From: an uncultured Gammaproteobacteria bacterium
GTDB lineage: Bacteria; Patescibacteriota; Microgenomatia; UBA8517
Direction of reading: 5' to 3'
DNA: 64,000 nt
Assembly (NCBI GenBank): GCA_964540475.1
Contig: CAZIMC010000001.1
Span: forward strand, 345,575 to 409,574
Positions 22,609 through 32,242 of the stretch are shown here, piece by piece; the stretch's first letter is position 1, and the number at the start of each line of letters is the position of its first letter. The notes below the pieces were generated by a model. It had not been told where the DNA came from. It searched no databases and worked only from the letters and a program-made list of their open reading frames with translations. A program made the position numbers and the translations under genes.

Positions 22609-23681
22609 ACGGCAGAAGGATTTTAGTTACTGGTGGGGCTGGTTTTATTGGGACGAACTTTGTTTATTATTGGGTCAAGCGACATCCCCAAGATTCAATA
22701 ACAGTCCTAGACAAGTTAACCTATGCTGGGCACTTGGAAAACATAAGGCCGTTGGTTGATGCTGGAAAAGTAAATTTTGTCCATGGAGATATATGCGATG
22801 AACAAGCTGTAGACAGTACAATGAGAGAAGTTGATGCGGTGGTTCATTTTGCTGCAGAAACACACGTTGACAGATCACTATCTGGATTAGAAGGGAAAAG
22901 AGTATTTTATCGTACAAATATAGAAGGCACTGAAACGTTATTGGAATCAGCAAGAACAAATGGTATAAGAAGATTTCTGCATGTTTCAACAGATGAAGTT
23001 TTTGGAGATTTGGATTATGATGACCCCACCAGATTTCACGAAAAATCAGCCTATAATCCCCATAGTCCCTATGCAGTTTCAAAATCTGGAGCCGAATGGG
23101 CTGCACGGGCATTTATGCATACTTGGGGTGAGCCGGAAGTTTTAATTACCAATTGCACTAACAACTATGGTCCGTTTCAAACGCCGGAAAAAGTCATTCC
23201 ACGTTCGATTTCGCTATTGTTAGCTGGAGAGAAGATAAAACTGTACACCGATGCTTCTGGCACGCCTGGTAGAAATGTTAGGGATTGGCTGCATGTTGAA
23301 GATCATTGCAGTGCATTAGAGGCAGTGCTTCTTAGGGGGAGAGCAGGTGAAACGTATTGTGTGGGAGGCGATACTGAACTTTCTAATTATCAATTGGTAG
23401 AAAAAATGTTAGCCATAATGTCGGAACTGACTGGAAAGAATATGGATTTCCAAACTCACGTGGAATTTGTAAAAGATAGACCTGGGCACGACAGAAGATA
23501 TGCAATGGACACCTCAAAAATAAAACAGGAACTTGGTTGGTTCCCTGTTCACTCGTTTGAAGAGGGGTTCAAGCAAACAGTTGCCTGGTATATATCTCCG
23601 AGAGGGAGAGAGTGGTTAGAATACTTAAACGAGCTTTCTAGAGAAGTCCGAATTGGGCAGGATAGCAAAGAAAGAAAATAA
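22605..23681 (+). CDS. rfbB: dTDP-glucose 4,6-dehydratase
   Basis: An ATGA overlap joins it to rfbA, with the start at MNGRRILVTGGAGFIGTNFV (a Rossmann fold). The SDR active site is 'YAVSKSGAEW' (YxxxK). The track ORF begins earlier, at 22575. Confidence 0.85.
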   Translation: MNGRRILVTGGAGFIGTNFVYYWVKRHPQDSITVLDKLTYAGHLENIRPLVDAGKVNFVHGDICDEQAVDSTMREVDAVVHFAAETHVDRSLSGLEGKRVFYRTNIEGTETLLESARTNGIRRFLHVSTDEVFGDLDYDDPTRFHEKSAYNPHSPYAVSKSGAEWAARAFMHTWGEPEVLITNCTNNYGPFQTPEKVIPRSISLLLAGEKIKLYTDASGTPGRNVRDWLHVEDHCSALEAVLLRGRAGETYCVGGDTELSNYQLVEKMLAIMSELTGKNMDFQTHVEFVKDRPGHDRRYAMDTSKIKQELGWFPVHSFEEGFKQTVAWYISPRGREWLEYLNELSREVRIGQDSKERK

Positions 23682-23754
23682 GACATATAACTACCCACAA
23701 AGCAATGGACATGTTGAATTATACAAAAGGAGCTGGAGATAAAGAACGTTCATA

Positions 23755-24336
23755 ATGAGCCAAGTAGAACACGGAGCCAATACTACTGAAAATATAAAAA
23801 CTACAAACATACCCGGACTATTAATCATTGAAAGGCCGACATTCACTGATAATAGGGGGTTTTTCCATGAAGTATGCAGACTTACCGACCTTGATTTAAT
23901 GGGAGTTGATTTTAAGCCAATACAAACTAGCCACTCCAAGTCAGAACCTGGGGTAATTCGGGCAATTCATACTGAACAGTGGCAAAAACTAATTTATCCG
24001 GTCACTGGTGTAATGTTTGCTGCGATAGTTGATGTGCGTCCTGAAAGCCCCACTTTTGGTATGTACGAAACATTTGTGTTTGATAATTCACGTCCGGAAT
24101 CTAAGCATACCGCCCTTTTTTTACCAAAAGGTTTAGGTAATTCAATTTGTGTAGTGGGCGATGAGCCGGTCCATTATATCTACCAAGTAGACGAATATTG
24201 GGATAATGCCAAAGCACAAGGAATTGCGTGGGATGACCCCGATCTAGCTATTCCGTGGCCAGTTGCGAATCCGACTATCTCCGAGCGCGATATGCATAAC
24301 CCGACATTAAGAGAACTTTTCCCACACAAATTTTAA
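23755..24336 (+). CDS. rfbC: dTDP-4-dehydrorhamnose 3,5-epimerase
   Basis: This 193-aa cupin has 'IPGLLIIERPTFTDNRGFFHE' and 'RAIHTEQW...YQVDEYWD', which match RmlC. Confidence 0.8.
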   Translation: MSQVEHGANTTENIKTTNIPGLLIIERPTFTDNRGFFHEVCRLTDLDLMGVDFKPIQTSHSKSEPGVIRAIHTEQWQKLIYPVTGVMFAAIVDVRPESPTFGMYETFVFDNSRPESKHTALFLPKGLGNSICVVGDEPVHYIYQVDEYWDNAKAQGIAWDDPDLAIPWPVANPTISERDMHNPTLRELFPHKF

Positions 24337-25271
24337 TGGTTGAAAGAATACATCAAGTACAAATTTTTGGCGCAAGATGTTTTGTGGCGGACTGTGTTGG
24401 ACCTGAATTAAATGCGAATGAAACCTTAGCTCAACTAGTATCAAGAGATAGCGTTGACATTTTTGATTATAAAGCCTTAACGCGGTATGTTGGGGACTCC
24501 TCAGCCTCAGTGATTGTTAACTTCATTGGCTTTACGGATGTTTCAGGTGCTCAGAATGAACAAAACAGAGCAGTACTTCGGCACTTAAATGTAGAGTTGC
24601 CGAGGCAGTTGGCAATTTTATGTGGAACTTATCGGAAGCGATTTATCCACATTTCAAGCGACTTTGTCTTTGCTGGAGCGCAGGACTATCAAGGGCCATA
24701 CCACGAAGGAGATTATGCTGACTCAACCCCAAACAGTATTGGAAAGTATGCCCGTTCAAAGCGCGAGGGTGAGAGAGAGGTGTTTGATGCAAACTCAGAT
24801 GCCAGTGTTGTCAGGATATCGTATCCTTTTGGCCATATTTATGCAAAAAATCCAATGAAGGATTTTGCGATAAAGATGATGGTTCGGGCTTTACGGGGAG
24901 ATAAAATATTTAATGACCAACAATTAACGCCAACCTATCTGCCTGATTTGCGGTTGGCCATTGAAAGAATAATCAAGCTGAACGAAAGGGGGATATTTCA
25001 TGTTGCTACTACTCCACCCGTTACGCCATACGAATTTACAGCCGAATTACTAAAGCTTTGGAGGGTGGCTAACAACATTCAACCGGCAAGCGCAGAGCAA
25101 TACTTAAATACACCTGGCGTCACGCCCTTTCCTCTTTATGGCGGGCTTGATGTCAGCTTGACTGAAAGCAGACTAAGTTTAAAATTTTCCTCATGGCAAA
25201 AAGCACTAAAAGAATACGTACCAAAAATAAGAGCAGTGTGGCACAAATTGGTATTACCAGAGATTACTTAA
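24336..25271 (+). CDS. rfbD: dTDP-4-dehydrorhamnose reductase-like protein (divergent NAD(P)-binding motif)
   Basis: This 311-aa ORF follows rfbC in the same operon. It has the catalytic 'YARSKREGE' (YxxxK) and RmlD-like length. The N-terminal glycine-rich motif is degenerate ('[13 protein letters not shown]'). Confidence 0.55.
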   Translation: MVERIHQVQIFGARCFVADCVGPELNANETLAQLVSRDSVDIFDYKALTRYVGDSSASVIVNFIGFTDVSGAQNEQNRAVLRHLNVELPRQLAILCGTYRKRFIHISSDFVFAGAQDYQGPYHEGDYADSTPNSIGKYARSKREGEREVFDANSDASVVRISYPFGHIYAKNPMKDFAIKMMVRALRGDKIFNDQQLTPTYLPDLRLAIERIIKLNERGIFHVATTPPVTPYEFTAELLKLWRVANNIQPASAEQYLNTPGVTPFPLYGGLDVSLTESRLSLKFSSWQKALKEYVPKIRAVWHKLVLPEIT

Positions 25272-25968
25272 GAAGGTCGGGTCTTCGTTCTCTTGTGCGT
25301 TTAAGAGACGTATCGATTCGCCATTTTTCGATTTCTGCGTGATTCCCTTCCAACAGAACTTTTGGAACACTCCAGCCTTTATAACTCTCGGGTCTAGTGT
25401 ATTGAACAAACCCCAGCATTCTGGGGATCCCTGGAGTATCAAAATCCGAAAAAGATTCTTTTTTTAGTGACTCTTCTTTACCTACAGTTCCTGGGATAAG
25501 CCTTACAACGGCATCTGCGACTACCATTGCCGGGATTTCTCCACCGGTTAAAACATAATCTCCGACTGAGATCTCTTCATCCACAAGGTGTTCGCGAACT
25601 CTTTCATCTATTCCCTTATAGTGTCCCGCTATTAAAATAAGATGATCGTATTTTGTTGATAGTTCCTCTGCTTTCTTTTGGTTAAAGGTTGTTCCTGCCG
25701 GGTCCATTAAAATAACCCTGGTTTTGGCATTTAGGTTTTTAGTTTTTAGTTCTTGTATGGCAAGATCTATCGGTTCAATCATTAAGACCATTCCAGGTCC
25801 ACCACCGTATGGCCTATCATCAACCATCTTGTGTTTGTCCTTAGCCCAGTCTCTTATGTTGTGTGCTTTTATCTCGGCCAGTCCTTTGTCGAGAGCTTTT
25901 TTTATAATGCTATCGCCAAACGGTCCGTCAAACATCTCTGGAAAAAGTGTCAAAATATCAATTCTCAT
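25264..25968 (-). CDS. trmD: tRNA (guanine37-N1)-methyltransferase
   Basis: This 234-aa ORF has '[26 protein letters not shown]' and the SPOUT-knot region '[13 protein letters not shown]...[24 protein letters not shown]'. Confidence 0.85.
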   Translation of the reverse strand: MRIDILTLFPEMFDGPFGDSIIKKALDKGLAEIKAHNIRDWAKDKHKMVDDRPYGGGPGMVLMIEPIDLAIQELKTKNLNAKTRVILMDPAGTTFNQKKAEELSTKYDHLILIAGHYKGIDERVREHLVDEEISVGDYVLTGGEIPAMVVADAVVRLIPGTVGKEESLKKESFSDFDTPGIPRMLGFVQYTRPESYKGWSVPKVLLEGNHAEIEKWRIDTSLKRTRERRPDLLK

Positions 25969-26046
25969 GTGTATATTTTACCAATTACGAGTTATTTTAA
26001 CCACTCTCTTATTGTGGTACGGGTTATTTATTGCTAAAGTGAAGAA

Positions 26047-27186
26047 ATGGACAAAGTGGTAATCGTAATGCCAGCCTATAAGGAAGCTGAAAATATTGGC
26101 CCAATGATAGAGGAACTTGTTGGCAAAGAGTTCCCCAAAATAGACAATGCAGATATGCATTTGCTAGTGGTAAATGATCTACCCCCTGATGGATCAGCCG
26201 ATGACGGCACAGGAGAGATCGTCAAAAAGGCTATGGAAAAATACAAAAATCTCCACATTTTGGAGGATAAGAAACAGGGGTTGGGGTGGGCATATATTCG
26301 CGGTTTCAGGTATGCCATGGAGAAATTAAATGCCGATGCTGTAATGGAAATGGATGCGGATTTCCAGCATCCTCCGAGGTTTGTTAAAGATATGGTCGCC
26401 GCGTATCTAGACGGTGCCGATTATGTAATAGGTTCAAGGTATATTAAAGGCGGTTCCGTTCCTGCCGAATGGGCTTTCAGTCGTAAAGCGATAAGTTACT
26501 TTGGTAATTTATTCATCAGATTGGTTTTGACTAAACCCGGTCTGCACGATTTAACAACTGGTTTTAGATTAACAAGGGTTAAGGGGGTATTAGAAAAAAT
26601 AGATTTAGAAAATTTGATGGAACCCCACCTCTTTGCACACAAAGTGGATCTTTTATATCAAAGCGTCAAAAATGCCAAAAAGGTTACCGAAGTTCCTTTG
26701 GAGTTTGCCGCAAGGACAAAGGAAAAATCAAAGTTTAACCCTAAAGAAATGATTGGAACTTTCAAGGTGGCAATTATTTTGGGTATCAGAGACAAAAAAA
26801 GGTTTATTAAGTTTGGTATAGTAGGAACTAGCGGATATTTGGTAACGGCGTTCTCGATTCATTTTCTTGCAAGGACACCACTTCCTGAATGGGCGATTTG
26901 GGCAACCGCTACTGAGCTTGCAATCATCAATAATTTTACTTTCAACAATATCTGGACGTTTAGAGATGCAGAAATAAAGGGGTTTTGGCACCTTGTACAG
27001 AAATTCTTGCAATTTAACTTAACTTCAGCTGGCGCGCTTGTAATTCAGACTGTGGCAGGTACTATTGGTGTTTATTTTCTGGGACCTCAGTACAGGCAAT
27101 TAATCTTACCCTTCGTAACAGTTGGGCTGGTAATGCCTTATAACTACTTAATGTACAATCTGGTTATCTGGAGAACAAAGCTTTAA
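26047..27186 (+). CDS. Polyprenyl-phosphate sugar synthase: DPM1/GtrB-like GT2 fused to a GtrA-like 4-TM domain
   Basis: The N-terminal GT2 has 'VIVMPAYKEAENI' and the DPM1-type 'EMDADFQHPP'. The C-terminal ~120 aa form four TMs ('KFGIVGTSGYLVTAFSIHFLA...NNFTFNNIWTF') typical of GtrA-family proteins. Confidence 0.7.
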   Translation: MDKVVIVMPAYKEAENIGPMIEELVGKEFPKIDNADMHLLVVNDLPPDGSADDGTGEIVKKAMEKYKNLHILEDKKQGLGWAYIRGFRYAMEKLNADAVMEMDADFQHPPRFVKDMVAAYLDGADYVIGSRYIKGGSVPAEWAFSRKAISYFGNLFIRLVLTKPGLHDLTTGFRLTRVKGVLEKIDLENLMEPHLFAHKVDLLYQSVKNAKKVTEVPLEFAARTKEKSKFNPKEMIGTFKVAIILGIRDKKRFIKFGIVGTSGYLVTAFSIHFLARTPLPEWAIWATATELAIINNFTFNNIWTFRDAEIKGFWHLVQKFLQFNLTSAGALVIQTVAGTIGVYFLGPQYRQLILPFVTVGLVMPYNYLMYNLVIWRTKL

Positions 27187-27602
27187 GTTCTCACTAATAC
27201 TGGTCGAAACTTATAACCATATATTAAAGGTCCTTTGTCTTTCTCGCCCTGCGAAGGCTTGTTAAGTAATCTGGTTACCATTTCCACCTGCATACCAATT
27301 TTTAGTTCATCTGGGTCCACATCTGTGAGCTGAGCTGTTATTATCGGGCCTTCTTCAAGTTTAACCAGAGCACAATAATATGGTGCAAGCCCACCAAATC
27401 CTTCAGGTGCATCAAATACTTTTGTATAACTATATACTTCACCTCTACCAGAAAATTGATATTCCACCTTTGCACCTCCTCGGCATGATGGGCACACATC
27501 CCGCGGAGGGAAGATTTTTACTTCACAGTGCGGGCAGACTTCGCCCATTAGGCCATATCTGTATTTTTGCAGACGCCAATTTCGTGCAATTTCGTGCGAC
27601 AT
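27183..27602 (-). CDS. DUF35-like Zn-ribbon + OB-fold protein
   Basis: This 139-aa ORF has a C4 zinc ribbon 'CPHCEVKIFPPRDVCPSC' followed by an OB-fold-like region, as in the DUF35 acyl-CoA-associated proteins. No thiolase partner lies adjacent. Confidence 0.45.
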   Translation of the reverse strand: MSHEIARNWRLQKYRYGLMGEVCPHCEVKIFPPRDVCPSCRGGAKVEYQFSGRGEVYSYTKVFDAPEGFGGLAPYYCALVKLEEGPIITAQLTDVDPDELKIGMQVEMVTRLLNKPSQGEKDKGPLIYGYKFRPVLVRT

Positions 27603-27644
27603 CTATATATTAGTCGTAATTCAATGAAGAATACCCACGCGCTA

Positions 27645-28805
27645 TTAAAGAAATGCCGACCAGTCGGAGATTGGCATTACATTTTGTGTGATAAATGAAA
27701 GACTGAATAGGTATATTGGAATAAGTAATACAATCATTATGTATTTAAATTCTTTTCTAGTTAATGCATCAGAGTAACCCAAAATCAAAAATGGAGTAAT
27801 GGGCAGAGCGTACCTAACAATGTCTCTGTGCGAGACGAAAAGCAACGATATAAAGAAAATAATGGTAAACCAGGCAATATTGTGCATACCTTTTTGTATT
27901 AGCTTTATTATTCCAAATATTGCAATCAGATATACGAAGATAATTTCCTCCAACCAAAAAGTGCCTACCCAGGTGGCAGAATAGTTAAAGATCTGAAACG
28001 GCGGGAAAAACAGATGAATGTTATCACCTGATTTAAAGTAGACAAAAAAGTCGTTATAAGCTAGCTTGTACACGTAAAATACTCCTAATAGCGAAAGCGG
28101 AATCAGAAGCAAGGGGATTGCTTTGGGTAAATTAATATTTTTAACTAGCTTATTGATGGTTGTGTGGGCAATATCTTTTAAATGCGGAAACACAAGTGCT
28201 AACGCGAAGGCTATAAACAGTAATATTCCAGGTGACTTGGTGAATTGCGCTGCTGCTCCAAATAAACCCGCAAGCAAGTAGTTTTTTCGGTTAAAATAGT
28301 AAACAGCAGCCAGTATAGCAGCAATGAATAGTGTTTCAGCTGATCCAACTGATCTGACTACAAGCCATCTGGCTGGAAGTACGCTGAAGATGAAAGTTAG
28401 CCACAGAGCCTTCTCCGAGTCCAAATAATCTGAAGCTAATTTGTAAAAGAAATATATAGAAACGATTGAAAATATTGCAGTAACTGTTAATAAACCATAA
28501 GGGTACCCTGTTAGCGGAGAGATTAGCCTTACAAGAAACGGATAGAGTGGAAAGTGAGCAGAATAATACTCGTTACTTAAGGGGAAAGGGTAATTTTCCT
28601 GAATAGCTTGCGGGTTATACAAAGTTTTGGCAACCACCAAAAAGAGGGGACCATCATAATTTGCCACAATTGTTGCCATGCCGTTAGTAGCAAGTGGAAT
28701 TTGCCAAAACGCAGGTAACCTAAGAATAAATGGGGTCCACAGTAGAAAAGTGGGAATGAGTGCGAAAACAGAGATAACAATGAGAATTTTAAGACGTGTA
28801 AGCAT
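27645..28805 (-). CDS. Polytopic membrane protein (about 11 TM), putative GT-C-type glycosyltransferase
   Basis: This 386-aa ORF is highly hydrophobic with aromatic-rich loops ('YPFPLSNEYYSAHFPLYPFLVRL'). No family-specific motif is recognised. Confidence 0.4.
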   Translation of the reverse strand: MLTRLKILIVISVFALIPTFLLWTPFILRLPAFWQIPLATNGMATIVANYDGPLFLVVAKTLYNPQAIQENYPFPLSNEYYSAHFPLYPFLVRLISPLTGYPYGLLTVTAIFSIVSIYFFYKLASDYLDSEKALWLTFIFSVLPARWLVVRSVGSAETLFIAAILAAVYYFNRKNYLLAGLFGAAAQFTKSPGILLFIAFALALVFPHLKDIAHTTINKLVKNINLPKAIPLLLIPLSLLGVFYVYKLAYNDFFVYFKSGDNIHLFFPPFQIFNYSATWVGTFWLEEIIFVYLIAIFGIIKLIQKGMHNIAWFTIIFFISLLFVSHRDIVRYALPITPFLILGYSDALTRKEFKYIMIVLLIPIYLFSLSFITQNVMPISDWSAFL

Positions 28806-28882
28806 TTAGAAAATGATATAACGAAGCTATTGTTAATACAATAGAATGGAATTGGCTTATGGCTATATGTTAGACTTCAGAT

Positions 28883-29590
28883 ATGCATTTAATTGACAAG
28901 CTTTCTGTATTTTTTCCGGCATATAACGAAGAGGCAAATCTAGAACGGACAGTCAAAAAGGCAGTTGAAGTCTTAAACAAAGTTGCCAAGGAGTGGGAAA
29001 TAATAATTGTTAATGATGGATCGACTGATAAAACAGGCGAGGTTGCACAAAATCTTGCTGAAAGCAATAAACAGATTAAGATAGTAACGCACAACCCTAA
29101 CAGAGGTTACGGAGCGGCATTTAAATCAGGACTTTATGCTGCAAAATACCCTTGGGTAACCTTTACAGATTCAGACGGACAATTCAATTTTTCAGAAATT
29201 ACAAATTTCCTGCAAAAGCAAAAAGGCACTGATTCCGATATGGTGATAGGCTACTATTTGGACCGTAAAGTTTCGCTTGGTAAAAAAATCACTAGCAAGA
29301 TGTGGGAATATTTAGTTTTCTTTTTATTTGGATTGAAAGTTCGGGATATAGATTGTGGATTCAAATTAATTCGCAAAAAAGTGATTGATACTATACCTAG
29401 GCTGGAATCTGAGAGAGGGGCATTTATATCGAGCGAATTTTTAATAAAAGCTAAGCGGGCGGGATTTAAGATTGTGGAAATTGGCGTAACCCACTATCCC
29501 AGAAAAGCTGGAGAAGGAACTGGACGCAAATTAAACGTTATAATTAAGAGCTTTATGGATCTATTTAGGTTGTGGAAGAAGCTGAGATAA
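28883..29590 (+). CDS. DPM1/GtrB/ArnC-like GT2 polyprenyl-phosphate glycosyltransferase
   Basis: It has 'VFFPAYNEEANL', 'IIIVNDGSTDKT', 'FTDSDGQFN' (DxD) and 'RDIDCGFKLIRKKV'. A GT-C gene lies immediately downstream. Confidence 0.7.
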   Translation: MHLIDKLSVFFPAYNEEANLERTVKKAVEVLNKVAKEWEIIIVNDGSTDKTGEVAQNLAESNKQIKIVTHNPNRGYGAAFKSGLYAAKYPWVTFTDSDGQFNFSEITNFLQKQKGTDSDMVIGYYLDRKVSLGKKITSKMWEYLVFFLFGLKVRDIDCGFKLIRKKVIDTIPRLESERGAFISSEFLIKAKRAGFKIVEIGVTHYPRKAGEGTGRKLNVIIKSFMDLFRLWKKLR

Positions 29591-31218
29591 ATTCTCAATG
29601 TACAAATTTTAATAAATCTTCAATGCTACGAATTTCAGCAATCAAAGAATGGATTAAGTCCCACAAGCTTGAGTTTCTAATTTTGACTCTGACACTACTT
29701 CTGGGGGCATTTTTAAGACTTTATAGAATTGACGAATACATGACTTTTCTTGGGGACGAGGGTAGAGACGCAATTATTGTAAGACGTTTTCTAACTCAAG
29801 GAGACTTAATGTTTGTGGGGCCTGGTACTTCAATTGGAAATATGTATCTTGGGCCACTTTACTACTACATGATGGCCCCAGCACTTTTACTGGCCAATTT
29901 TTCACCTGTTGGTCCTGCTGTAATGGTTGCACTACTTAATACCATAACTATATTTTTAGTCTGGTATGTTGCTCGAAAATGGTTTCCATCGCAAGGCCGG
30001 GCTCAAATTAATATTCCCGCATTAACGGGTGCTTTTCTTTATGCGATTTCAACAACCGTAGTAATATTTTCCCGATCCTCATGGAATCCAAACATAATGC
30101 CATTTTTTGCTCTCCTGTCAATTTATTCTATATGGAAGGTTTACAAAGAAAGAAAATACACTTGGCTAATTGTACTTGGGCTTTCGTTTGCATTTGTATT
30201 GCAATCACACTATCTGGGGCTACTTCTTATGCCACCACTCTTTATTTTTTACATTTTGACTATGAGAGATTTTGTATCGTTTAGGAATTTGAATTTAGAC
30301 TTTGCAAATAAACCAGACTTACGAAAGCTTTTGCAACAAACAACAGTTGGCTTATTACTATTTTTAGTACTAATGTCCCCACTCGTCGCTTTTGATTTCA
30401 GACATGATTTCCGAAATTTTAGAGGTATGATGGAATTTATCACAGGTTCAAAAGAAAATTATTCCCCGTCGCTTGAAAGCACATTATCTAAAATTTTACC
30501 GATGTCTAAGAGTGTGATAACAAGGCTGCTTGCTGCCAGAGATAAGACTCTTGGGATGCCGTTGTCTCTAGTTCTTTTAATCGGGGGCTTTATAGCGCTT
30601 CTCAAAAAAAAGAATAACGAAATTCTCCTATTACTTACTTGGCTTCTTTTTGGAAGCGTTGGTCTAGCTCTTCTTAGGCAGGAAGTATATGATCATTATT
30701 TTGGGTTTTTGTATCCTGTACCTTTTCTTTTATTGGCCGCTATTTTAAGCAAGATTAAAGATATTCAATTTCAAAAGCTATTTAGCGCACTTTCTGTAAT
30801 TATACTTACCCTTGCTGTAATAAAAGAATCGCCCATAAAAGACACGCCGGATAGGCAACTCGCAAGAAGTATAATAATTGCTGAGAAAATAGCAGAAGAA
30901 GCAAAGGGAGAAAGATTTAATCTAGCAACTATATCAGAAACAACCAATCGGGATACTTACCAGTATTGGCTAGAGCTTTGGGGTGAGCCAGTCGTTGATA
31001 CAGACCAGCTTAATCCTAAATTTACGGTCACAGATCAGTTATTTGTGGTCTGTGATAAACCGAGAGAGCTATGCAACCCAACGCATGATCCCTCTGCGTG
31101 GATAACCAATTTCGGTTGGAGTATAATTACTGACTCTTGGGAGATTGATGGCCGAACTATCTTCAAACTTGCCCACAGTGAGCAGTGGCTAAGAATGCGA
31201 GACAATAATGAATTATAG
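29572..31218 (+). CDS. ArnT/PMT (GT39/GT83)-like GT-C membrane glycosyltransferase
   Basis: This 548-aa ORF has about 11 TMs. The first extracytoplasmic loop carries 'FLGDEGRDAIIVRRF' (the DE motif of PMT_2-type GT-C enzymes). It has a C-terminal soluble domain. Confidence 0.6.
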   Translation: MEEAEINSQCTNFNKSSMLRISAIKEWIKSHKLEFLILTLTLLLGAFLRLYRIDEYMTFLGDEGRDAIIVRRFLTQGDLMFVGPGTSIGNMYLGPLYYYMMAPALLLANFSPVGPAVMVALLNTITIFLVWYVARKWFPSQGRAQINIPALTGAFLYAISTTVVIFSRSSWNPNIMPFFALLSIYSIWKVYKERKYTWLIVLGLSFAFVLQSHYLGLLLMPPLFIFYILTMRDFVSFRNLNLDFANKPDLRKLLQQTTVGLLLFLVLMSPLVAFDFRHDFRNFRGMMEFITGSKENYSPSLESTLSKILPMSKSVITRLLAARDKTLGMPLSLVLLIGGFIALLKKKNNEILLLLTWLLFGSVGLALLRQEVYDHYFGFLYPVPFLLLAAILSKIKDIQFQKLFSALSVIILTLAVIKESPIKDTPDRQLARSIIIAEKIAEEAKGERFNLATISETTNRDTYQYWLELWGEPVVDTDQLNPKFTVTDQLFVVCDKPRELCNPTHDPSAWITNFGWSIITDSWEIDGRTIFKLAHSEQWLRMRDNNEL

Positions 31219-32194
31219 TCAGTCTAAACAAATTCTTCAGGAGATTAAAAAGGCAAAAAGAATTCTCACAAATATACACAGGAGTAGTGACCCGGATTCT
31301 GTAGCCAGCGCATTGAGCCTTAAGGCGATAATTGAAACTATATTCAAAAAGGAAGTAACGGTTATAGCTGTTGATAATTCATATCAAGGTTATAAATATA
31401 TTTCTGGTACAGAGTGTGTCAGGGTGATAGAACCCTTAGAGTTCAATTTTTCAGAATATGACCTTTTTATTATTGTAGACTGCGAAATGCTGCAGCAAGC
31501 AGGAATATCTGCCGACAACGTATCTGATATAACCGTAATAAATATTGATCATCATCCAAAGAACAACATTAGAGGAAAACATAATTTGCTTGATAAGGCA
31601 GCCAGTTCCACTTCGGAAATTGTATATTTACTGAATAAGGATTGGCGGGTCAATATTAACAAGGAGTTAGCCACTACATTACTGGCCGGGATAATGGGTG
31701 ACACTGGTATATTTACATATGTAAACACCAAACCCAGAACCCTTAGCATTTCAAGTGAGTTGATAGAATCTGGTGCAGATCACCCTTATGTAGTTTACAA
31801 AATGACCCAATTTAACAGTTTAAACCTATTAAAATTGTGGGGAAGTATGCTGGATAAACTAGAAGTTGATACTAAGTATAATTTTGCCTGGTCTGCGTTG
31901 CCTTTTGAGGTATACAGTAAGTACAATTCAGCAATCAGTCCCAGTAAGTCTTTTTCTAACTTAATTATCAGGACTGTTGAAGGAACCAATTTTGGTATCT
32001 CAATGGTAGAAAAGGAAAAAAAGGTTTTGCATATAAGTATTAGATCTAGAGTTGAAGATTTTGATATTTCTCCTATAGCCAGGGAATTGGGCGGAGGCGG
32101 TCATAAAGCAGCATCAGGTGCGAGTGTTGCAGGCTTACCCTTTGAAAAGGCTGTCGCTAAAGTTCTTCGAACAGCAAGAAAATTCGCAAAATAA
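31208..32194 (+). CDS. DHH/DHHA1 phosphoesterase (NrnA-like nanoRNase/pAp phosphatase)
   Basis: The DHH motif is 'VINIDHHPKNN', there is a 'DCEM' acidic cluster, and the DHHA1 'GGGGHKAASG' motif lies near the C-terminus. Confidence 0.65.
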   Translation: MNYSQSKQILQEIKKAKRILTNIHRSSDPDSVASALSLKAIIETIFKKEVTVIAVDNSYQGYKYISGTECVRVIEPLEFNFSEYDLFIIVDCEMLQQAGISADNVSDITVINIDHHPKNNIRGKHNLLDKAASSTSEIVYLLNKDWRVNINKELATTLLAGIMGDTGIFTYVNTKPRTLSISSELIESGADHPYVVYKMTQFNSLNLLKLWGSMLDKLEVDTKYNFAWSALPFEVYSKYNSAISPSKSFSNLIIRTVEGTNFGISMVEKEKKVLHISIRSRVEDFDISPIARELGGGGHKAASGASVAGLPFEKAVAKVLRTARKFAK

Positions 32195-32242
32195 GAATAA
32201 ACATATTAGCTCTTTAGCTTTCAGGCAGTTTATCCGTATGTA

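Noticed and set aside
22535-23112. Overlapping ORFs 22535-22759 (+) and 22675-23112 (-) in the rfbB region
   Set aside because: The rfbB frame has complete SDR motifs. These are alternative-frame or antisense artefacts.
25724-26062. + strand ORFs 25724-26062 and 25831-26037 antisense to trmD
   Set aside because: TrmD on the minus strand is strongly supported. The + ORFs are hydrophobic, low-complexity read-through of its antisense.
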